Assembly (NCBI GenBank): GCA_017612805.1
Contig: JAGAFD010000007.1
Coordinates: forward strand, 48,616 to 112,615
From: Bacilli bacterium
Lineage (GTDB): Bacteria > Bacillota_I > Bacilli_A > RF39 > UBA660
Direction of reading: 5' to 3'
DNA: 64,000 nt
Shown here in pieces: positions 57,263 to 64,000 of this stretch. The notes beneath the pieces were generated by a model. The model was not told the DNA's origin. It ran no database searches and saw only the letters and a program-made list of their open reading frames with translations. How positions within the stretch are numbered: the first letter of the stretch is position 1; each line of letters begins with the position of its first letter. The position numbers and the translations under genes are program-made.

Positions 57263-58416
57263 TATTTCACCACCTTATCTTTCATACCATAATCATATTG
57301 ATCAAAGAAGATGGAACCAGCTTCATAGATAAATAAGACATCACTGATATTATGTTCTTTAACAAATTTATTTAGAGATATTTTATCAGGATAATATCTT
57401 AATTCAATAACATAGGTTTTATTATAATTACTGGCAATTAAATCATCAATTTGCCATCCATAAGAATCCCCAATAATTAATAAATTATCTTTATTATTAT
57501 GATAATCGTATTCTACCATACCATATAAACCATTATAGTAATGAACATATTGATCATAGAATGGATTAGTAGATTCTTTAATTGTTTTTGGTTTATAATT
57601 TTCATTTATATTTCCATCAACTAAAATATCATGATTAATTAGATTAAAATCGGCAGTGTAAAAATAATCAGATAAATCAGTTAAATAACTGCTTTTAGCC
57701 ATACTGCCATGATAATTAATATCATTTTTAGTAACTTCATAATTGATATAATTGGGTTTATTTAATAAATTCATGATTAAATTATAACTAACTAAAGCAC
57801 CTTCCATATTATAGTGATGATCAGTATGATAAAAATACTTGTTATATTCAACTTCACTATCTAATAAGAATTCGCCTACATGAATATTATCATTAAGTTT
57901 ATCTAAAAACTTGGTACGGTATAAAGCCATATTACGAATACTATTATCATTATTGATATTTAAATATTCATAACGATAAGGAATAAAGATATTAATATTG
58001 GTATCTAAACTATTAAAGAATTTGACTTGATCATTTAATCTATTATTTAATTCTTCATTATTTAAATTATTAAATATAATATATTTTTCATTGTTTCTAA
58101 AAACATATTCATTATCATTATTAATACCTACCGGATAGTATTCTAGGCTTACTAAATCATATAGTTTATTATTTAATTTAGCTTCGGTACTTTTCTTAAT
58201 TTTATTAACATTATCATACATAAATAGATAGTTAATACTTTTTGATTCAATACTAGCTTTAATGCTATTAAGTTTATTAGTAGTTTTAGTATTACTAACA
58301 TATAAATTAGTAATATTTAAGTACCCTTTTTTTACTAAAATAAAATTAATTGGATACATGAATAATAATCCAAATATAATGATTAAAAATGTTATTATAA
58401 ATAATTTCTTTTGCAT
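57262..58416 (-). CDS. DHHW/AlgJ-like SGNH O-acetyltransferase
   Basis: TDHHYN, IIGDSY; coupled to the MBOAT gene. Confidence 0.8.
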   Translation of the reverse strand: MQKKLFIITFLIIIFGLLFMYPINFILVKKGYLNITNLYVSNTKTTNKLNSIKASIESKSINYLFMYDNVNKIKKSTEAKLNNKLYDLVSLEYYPVGINNDNEYVFRNNEKYIIFNNLNNEELNNRLNDQVKFFNSLDTNINIFIPYRYEYLNINNDNSIRNMALYRTKFLDKLNDNIHVGEFLLDSEVEYNKYFYHTDHHYNMEGALVSYNLIMNLLNKPNYINYEVTKNDINYHGSMAKSSYLTDLSDYFYTADFNLINHDILVDGNINENYKPKTIKESTNPFYDQYVHYYNGLYGMVEYDYHNNKDNLLIIGDSYGWQIDDLIASNYNKTYVIELRYYPDKISLNKFVKEHNISDVLFIYEAGSIFFDQYDYGMKDKVVK

Positions 58417-58502
58417 GTTATCTCCTCATTTAAAATAATAACATAATATTTAGATTATTGCTAATTAATAAAAAAATATGTATAATGAAAATAGGTGATA
58501 AT

Positions 58503-58895
58503 ATGAATAATAAGATTGTGAAATTATTTAATCATAATCGTGTTTTAACGATAATAGTAGGAGTATTTGCTTTACTTTTGGTGTTAATTGTAACAATGTT
58601 ACTTTTAAACAAATTTGTGTTTGATAAAAAGACTCATGTTGATGGTTTAGCTATTTATGATGTTAAAATTATTAAAGATGGTGAGTATTATAGCTACACT
58701 GCTACAATTGAAGCAGAAAAAGACCGTAATGTTAAAAGCATCGATGTTATTTTTATTGATAAAGATAAAAAAGAAATGGTTAAAGTAAATAATATTATTA
58801 ATGCTAAATTAAAGGAAAAGCAAACAATTAAGATTAATGCATTAACGGATGTAAATATTAAAAAAGCTAAGAAAATTAAATATCAAGTTAATTAG
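58503..58895 (+). CDS. Membrane-anchored hypothetical protein
   Basis: Single TM plus small beta domain. Confidence 0.7.
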   Translation: MNNKIVKLFNHNRVLTIIVGVFALLLVLIVTMLLLNKFVFDKKTHVDGLAIYDVKIIKDGEYYSYTATIEAEKDRNVKSIDVIFIDKDKKEMVKVNNIINAKLKEKQTIKINALTDVNIKKAKKIKYQVN

Positions 58896-58904
58896 GAGGT
58901 TCTT

Positions 58905-60932
58905 ATGATTTGCCCTAAATGCGGAAAAGATGGCTTTGGTAAGTTTTGTAAAGAATGTGGTACCAAAATGCCAGTAAAGGAAAAGGTAAGCCCTGGTATT
59001 AAAAGATTGGATATTTTCTTAAAACTAGGCGTATTTATGGTATTAGTTGCTGGTTTAATACTAGCTACTAGTAATTATGAATTTATCAGTGATATTGTTA
59101 AAGTCTTATTATTAATATTAATAAGCATTGTGTTTTTTGGTTTAACGATTATTAGTTCATTATTTATTAAAATACGAAGTACTACTAAGAGCTATTTATT
59201 GATCGCCTTTTTATTCTCAATCTTCAGTATTGTAGGTATTGGATACTTTGAAATATTTGATGATTTATTTAGTTTTCATGAAAATCCTGAAGTGGTATTG
59301 AGTGTTATTTTTGGTTTAAACCTAATTTATATGTTGCTATATGATATTTTCTTTAAATCAAGATTCGCCAAAATATTGGGTGGTATTTCATTATTCTGCT
59401 TTAGTATTTCATTTATTTCAATTTTTGATTTAAATTTAATTAATAGTACTTTAATTTTAGGAATATTTTATTTATTACTAACGATTATTGCTCCGAAAAG
59501 AGGCTATTTGTACGGTATTAGTATAATAAGTAATTATTTATTCTATTTGTTAGTTGTTATATCAATTAATACCGCTGAATTTAGTTTATTGGCGTTTATT
59601 GCCGGAATGTTAGTAATAGTTAATACCATCGTATTAACTATTAAGGATCGCCGAAGAATATTAGTTGTTTTAAATGTTATTGCTACTTACTTGGTTGCTT
59701 TTGCTGTAGCTCATTTATTTGGTAAAAACTTAGGTGATTATGATTTAATTAATGTTGGATTAGTATTATTTATATATATTTTTTATTATTTATTTACTAA
59801 GATATTCAATAAAAAGAATGAAGACGTATTATTTAAAGCTAACCAAGTAATTGCCTTTATTTTCTCAATCTTCTTAGTACTTGATAACGTCGACTTAAAT
59901 TGCGCTGTATTCTTTATTACAACATTAGCGGTATTATTAATTAATATTTTGAGTAGTATAACTTCTAAATCAGGTGTTTATAGTTTATTTAGACCATTAA
60001 TCATTATTGCTAATGTCATTGCGATTGTTAATATCTTTGATTATTATTTAATTGATGTTAGTGCATTTAGTGCATTAGTAATAATTAGTTTTATTTCATT
60101 ACTTGCCCACTTTATTGCTCGCAAAGAAAGTATTAAAGGATTATATCTGGCGGTTAGTTTAGTGTTAATATCATTTAATATCATTGGAAATATAGTTACT
60201 AGTGATATTAGTAAAACAACCCTTTTAATTCAATTAATTGGTTTATTAACAGCATTTATAACTTATGTTTATAGTTTAATAAAAGGTAATAAGAATAAAG
60301 GTTATATTTTTATTGGTATATATAGTTTAATAACTTATTTATTTATGTTATCAATTATCTTTATGAAACATGATTTTATGGGTATTGGTGTTGGAATTGG
60401 AGCAATTATTTGTTATATAGTTACATTAATTAATTACTTTATTCCATTTAAAAATAAAGCTAACAAATTTATATTAACCGTTTATTCCATAATTCCGTTT
60501 GCGGTAATGATTGATCAATTAAATTTAAATAGTAATTTAAATGATTTATTATTAAGTTTATATTTGATATTAGATTTATTTATGGTAATTTTACCAATTA
60601 ATAAAAAACAAAGTTTATTAAAACATATTTTATTTATTATTTTTATAACCATTATAATAATAATAGATATTTATGCTCCAGGTATTTATTTAAGTATTTT
60701 AGCAGGCGTAACATCACTTGGTTTAATAATATATAGCTTAGTACAAAAGAAATATACTACAGCTTACTTTATAATTGGTATTATTACTTCAATATTAAAT
60801 TTAATGTATGCGTTAAAGGATGTATGGCGTGAGGTACCATTCTGGTTATACTTATTATTTGGTGGTTTAGTAGTAATTGTGTTATGTACGGTATTATTAA
60901 TAAAAGAAGCTAATAAAAACAAGACTAATTAG
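58905..60932 (+). CDS. Polytopic membrane protein with N-terminal zinc ribbon
   Basis: CPKC..CKEC followed by many TM segments. Confidence 0.75.
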   Translation: MICPKCGKDGFGKFCKECGTKMPVKEKVSPGIKRLDIFLKLGVFMVLVAGLILATSNYEFISDIVKVLLLILISIVFFGLTIISSLFIKIRSTTKSYLLIAFLFSIFSIVGIGYFEIFDDLFSFHENPEVVLSVIFGLNLIYMLLYDIFFKSRFAKILGGISLFCFSISFISIFDLNLINSTLILGIFYLLLTIIAPKRGYLYGISIISNYLFYLLVVISINTAEFSLLAFIAGMLVIVNTIVLTIKDRRRILVVLNVIATYLVAFAVAHLFGKNLGDYDLINVGLVLFIYIFYYLFTKIFNKKNEDVLFKANQVIAFIFSIFLVLDNVDLNCAVFFITTLAVLLINILSSITSKSGVYSLFRPLIIIANVIAIVNIFDYYLIDVSAFSALVIISFISLLAHFIARKESIKGLYLAVSLVLISFNIIGNIVTSDISKTTLLIQLIGLLTAFITYVYSLIKGNKNKGYIFIGIYSLITYLFMLSIIFMKHDFMGIGVGIGAIICYIVTLINYFIPFKNKANKFILTVYSIIPFAVMIDQLNLNSNLNDLLLSLYLILDLFMVILPINKKQSLLKHILFIIFITIIIIIDIYAPGIYLSILAGVTSLGLIIYSLVQKKYTTAYFIIGIITSILNLMYALKDVWREVPFWLYLLFGGLVVIVLCTVLLIKEANKNKTN

Positions 60933-61135
60933 TCTTGTTTTTTATTTTTCGTTGGTTTTAGTTTATATCCATTTTCATTAATTTCGATAGCGGCATTATA
61001 TGTATCATAATCCATACTAATAGTACATTTAATCTCGATTAATTCGGCCACTTTTTTAATATAATCGTTTTGATCTTTTAATTCTCTACTTTCATCAGCA
61101 ATTTTATTAAGCGATAAAAAAACTTGTAATTTCAT
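60929..61135 (-). CDS. Small hypothetical protein
   Basis: 68-aa ORF converging into a shared palindromic terminator. Confidence 0.5.
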   Translation of the reverse strand: MKLQVFLSLNKIADESRELKDQNDYIKKVAELIEIKCTISMDYDTYNAAIEINENGYKLKPTKNKKQD

Positions 61136-61173
61136 TATTTTTGTATATAATAAGTAGCAAGTTTGAGGTGGCT

Positions 61174-61539
61174 ATGAAAAGAATTGGATTTTTGTTAATT
61201 GTAATAATAGGGGCGGTTATCTTAAATAGTAGTGATACATATGGATTCTTTGATACAAACTTTAATTTTGATTTAAATAATTTAGATGTTAAAAGTGATA
61301 AGTATCATATGGATGAAATGGATGAAGATACTTTTGTAAACAAAGCAAATGAATTAGAAAGTAAAGTTGGTACAGAGATTGATTTTAGTAAATATCAATG
61401 TAGTGAAGATAATACGGCTTACTTTGTAAATGACATTTGTTTATCAAATGATGATTTAAAAGAAATTATGACAAAAGTGATTAGTAATGTCACTCCTAAT
61501 GAAGTTGAAAACGTATTAAATGAATTGCGAGCTAATTAA
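61174..61539 (+). CDS. Secreted hypothetical protein
   Basis: SD GAGG; signal peptide. Confidence 0.7.
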   Translation: MKRIGFLLIVIIGAVILNSSDTYGFFDTNFNFDLNNLDVKSDKYHMDEMDEDTFVNKANELESKVGTEIDFSKYQCSEDNTAYFVNDICLSNDDLKEIMTKVISNVTPNEVENVLNELRAN

Positions 61540-61600
61540 GCTCGTCTTTTTTATTGCATTTCCTACATGATAGGTAGTATAATTTGATTAGGTGATTAAA

Positions 61601-62266
61601 ATGAAGAAAGTAAGGGTTATAGTCTTATTATTGGCACTGGTATTAGTAATTACGGGATGTTCAAAAAAATGTGACTGTAATTTAGATAAACTTCCAAAAC
61701 CAGTTATATCTGGAGGCCAAAGAGGCGAATTGGGAATAGACAAAAATATTAATGAAAAAACGATTGATAAATATTTAGGTCGTAGTGATTCAGTTTATCG
61801 TGATATGAGAATGCTTGAAGATCCTGCAACTTATGAAAATATTGGTGGAGATTCTTATTTATCAGGATTTGTTAATGGATTTGAAATTGTACCATTACCA
61901 TATTTGATTGAAGTTACTGGGTTACCTGATGCAGTAGGTAAAACTTATACTGGTAAAACTTTATTTAAAATGGATCGTGATGGTAAATATCAACCAGTAT
62001 ACGAAGAATCAATGGCTATTTTAGAATACTTATTCCCTAAAGATAAAACTATTTTCTTAATGTGTGGTGGCGGTGGTTATGCTGGCATGACTAAGAATTT
62101 GTTAGTATCTCTAGGTTGGGATGAAGAAAAGATTTATAATGTTGGTGGATACTGGTATTATGAAGGTAAGAATAAAGTAGAAGTTAAAAATGATAAAGGT
62201 ACTTATGATTTTTGGAAGGTTCCATATCATAATATTAATTTTAAATCATTAACGGAGGTTAAATAA
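61601..62266 (+). CDS. Lipoprotein with rhodanese-like domain
   Basis: Lipobox ITGC; D.R, IFLMCGGGG, IYNVGGY. Confidence 0.75.
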   Translation: MKKVRVIVLLLALVLVITGCSKKCDCNLDKLPKPVISGGQRGELGIDKNINEKTIDKYLGRSDSVYRDMRMLEDPATYENIGGDSYLSGFVNGFEIVPLPYLIEVTGLPDAVGKTYTGKTLFKMDRDGKYQPVYEESMAILEYLFPKDKTIFLMCGGGGYAGMTKNLLVSLGWDEEKIYNVGGYWYYEGKNKVEVKNDKGTYDFWKVPYHNINFKSLTEVK

Positions 62267-62742
62267 TGAATAAGAAATCATTAGGTATTGTTGTAGTTAT
62301 TTTACTATTGGTAGTAGTTATTGGTGGTTGTGGATTATTCTTCGGAATTAAAGCAATAAATAATCGTCCATTTAGACTAGAAGAAAAATATTACGATAAT
62401 ATGTCAATTATTGATATTGACCATAATCGTTATGAAGAATTAGTTGATAAGAAAGAAAGCTTTATCTTATATCTAACTTTAGATGGTTGTACTACATGTA
62501 CCATATTTGCTCATAAAGCAACTGATTTTATTGTTAAGAATAAATTAACGGTTTATCGTATTGAGTATAAAGAATTTAGTCAAACTGATTTAAAAGGTGA
62601 AGTTGAATATGCTCCATCAATGCTAATATTTAAAAAAGGTAAATTAAAAGCCTTCTTGGATGCACAAAGTGATGAAGATTTACAATATTATAAAGATAGT
62701 GATTCATTAAAAACTTGGTTTGAAAAATACATTGAATTATAA
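62266..62742 (+). CDS. Membrane-anchored thioredoxin-like protein
   Basis: CTTC, APS.L.FK.G. Confidence 0.75.
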   Translation: MNKKSLGIVVVILLLVVVIGGCGLFFGIKAINNRPFRLEEKYYDNMSIIDIDHNRYEELVDKKESFILYLTLDGCTTCTIFAHKATDFIVKNKLTVYRIEYKEFSQTDLKGEVEYAPSMLIFKKGKLKAFLDAQSDEDLQYYKDSDSLKTWFEKYIEL

Positions 62743-62809
62743 AACAAGGATTATTCCTTGTTTTTTTATGTATTTTTTGGTAATATATAACTTGCTTTGG
62801 GGGATTATT

Positions 62810-63703
62810 ATGGAAAAGCTAGATTGTGATATTAATAATGCATCAAAATTTATTGAAGGCCAAGATATTGATAGTGAAGCTTTTAAAATAAACTTTGGTA
62901 CTATTTATCCATTTACTAATGAAAATGTTTTTGATTATATTGGTAAATTTGATTTTATTAATCATAACTTATTAACATTGGGTTCTTCTGGTGATCAAGC
63001 AATTAATGCAATTAATCGTGGAGCTAAAGAAGTGACTATTTTAGATATTAATCCCTTTGTTAAATACTATTATAATTTAAAAAAAGCGGCAATTCTTACA
63101 TTAGATCGAATTGATTATATAAGATTTTTAAGTAAATCGACAGATTATTATAATATGTTATATTCTAATTTATCTTTTAACCGAAATGTTTTTTATAAAG
63201 TATTAGAAACCCTACAATCAATTGATTATGAGTCATTCTTATTTTGGGATACTTTATTAGAAAATTATGATTCTAACTTAATTAGAACTAAACTATTTTC
63301 AACTGATGAAGAACATGATTTAAATAAGATTAAATATAATCCATATCTACATAGTGATGTTAATTATGCAGCTACTAAAAAACGTATTCAAGCCGCTAAT
63401 GTCTCATTTGTAGAGAAAAATGTTTGTGATTTTTTCACTAAGACTAAGTATGATAATATTTGGTTATCGAATGTTGGGCAATATTTAACAATATTTGAAT
63501 TTAAAAAAGTTATTGAAAAATATAAAGGCTTTTTGGATAAGAATGGTAAATTGTTATTTTATATTTTCTTTCAAGATGCTTTATATACGTATAAGAATTT
63601 AATAAAGAGTGGTAAAACGGATTTGTATCCTTTATCCCTTAATTATTTTGATAAAGTTAATGAAGACGAACACCATTTTGCATTAGTTTATAATAATAAA
63701 TAA
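62810..63703 (+). CDS. SAM-binding DUF3419/BtaA-like protein
   Basis: YPFTNEN, LLTLGSSGD, DIN, YD.IWLSN. Confidence 0.65.
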   Translation: MEKLDCDINNASKFIEGQDIDSEAFKINFGTIYPFTNENVFDYIGKFDFINHNLLTLGSSGDQAINAINRGAKEVTILDINPFVKYYYNLKKAAILTLDRIDYIRFLSKSTDYYNMLYSNLSFNRNVFYKVLETLQSIDYESFLFWDTLLENYDSNLIRTKLFSTDEEHDLNKIKYNPYLHSDVNYAATKKRIQAANVSFVEKNVCDFFTKTKYDNIWLSNVGQYLTIFEFKKVIEKYKGFLDKNGKLLFYIFFQDALYTYKNLIKSGKTDLYPLSLNYFDKVNEDEHHFALVYNNK

Positions 63704-63878
63704 TGCTTAACTGTTTATTTGGTAACTATTGCTAAAGATTAGTAGTTAATCTTAATATAGGGGCGTTATTGATTAACCGTAGCAGTAATAATAGGTATAA
63801 TTATTTAGCAGGTATTAATATACTTGCTTTTTTAATTGCTTTTGATATAATAAAAAACAATTTTAAGAAACTTATTGA

Positions 63879-63908
63879 ATTGACCCTTATGGGTCAATAA
63901 TATATAAT
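63879..63908 (+). promoter_or_regulatory. uvrB promoter TTGACC-17-TATAAT overlapped by palindrome ATTGACCC-TTAT-GGGTCAAT
   Basis: -35 at 63880-63885, -10 at 63903-63908; perfect 8-bp IR at 63879-63898. Confidence 0.7.
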
Positions 63909-63940
63909 AAAAGAGTTAATAATAGATAGGAGGATTGGTT

Positions 63941-64000
63941 ATGGATCATTTTGAATTAGTATCAAATTATCAACCATTAGGTGATCAACCAACTGCTATT
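63941..64000 (+). CDS. uvrB: Excinuclease ABC subunit B, 5' part (runs off the window)
   Basis: SD AGGAGG; MDHFELVSNYQPLGDQPTAI matches the UvrB N-terminus. Confidence 0.88.
   Translation, partial: MDHFELVSNYQPLGDQPTAI

Noticed and set aside
1-64000. Genetic code 4 (UGA=Trp), suggested by the Mollicute-like composition
   Set aside because: RF2 is present with a UGA-dependent frameshift, long ORFs are intact under code 11, and Trp codons are TGG.

Overview
Very AT-rich (roughly 25-27% GC by eye), gene-dense chromosomal segment of a genome-reduced Bacilli (Firmicutes) organism. An RF39-like lineage is my inference from composition and gene content. It uses the standard code: prfB is present with its CTT-TGA-C +1 frameshift. 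The backbone is a compressed form of the Bacillus origin-proximal gene order (metG-tatD-yabE-like-rsmA-yabG-veg-spoVG-yabP-yabQ-divIC, then truA-rplM-rpsI; later prfB-tilS-ftsH and the start of uvrB). It keeps sporulation genes (yabG, yabP/Q, cwlJ) preceded by sigmaE/sigmaK-type CATAnnnT motifs. The most striking feature is at tRNA-Trp(CCA) (37062-37135): a tandem array of single-gene units of 644, 799 and 494 bp. Each is delimited by a near-identical 30-bp repeat ending in the tRNA's own 3' TGCCA(T), and each carries its own terminator and promoter. This looks like an integron-like, tRNA-anchored gene-cassette array with no integrase in the window. Other notable items: an intact but catalytically dead class III RNR paralog in front of the active nrdD-nrdG; a SipW/TasA-like fibre locus; a shrunken EcfA/EcfA' pair without EcfT; a tRNA-Trp with a 4-bp anticodon stem; an FtsH with a Rho-N-like tail; and an IS3-family element inserted into a terminator loop. 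All protein assignments come from motif recognition, not database searches. Several start codons were moved from the ORF track to the ATG that follows a Shine-Dalgarno site.
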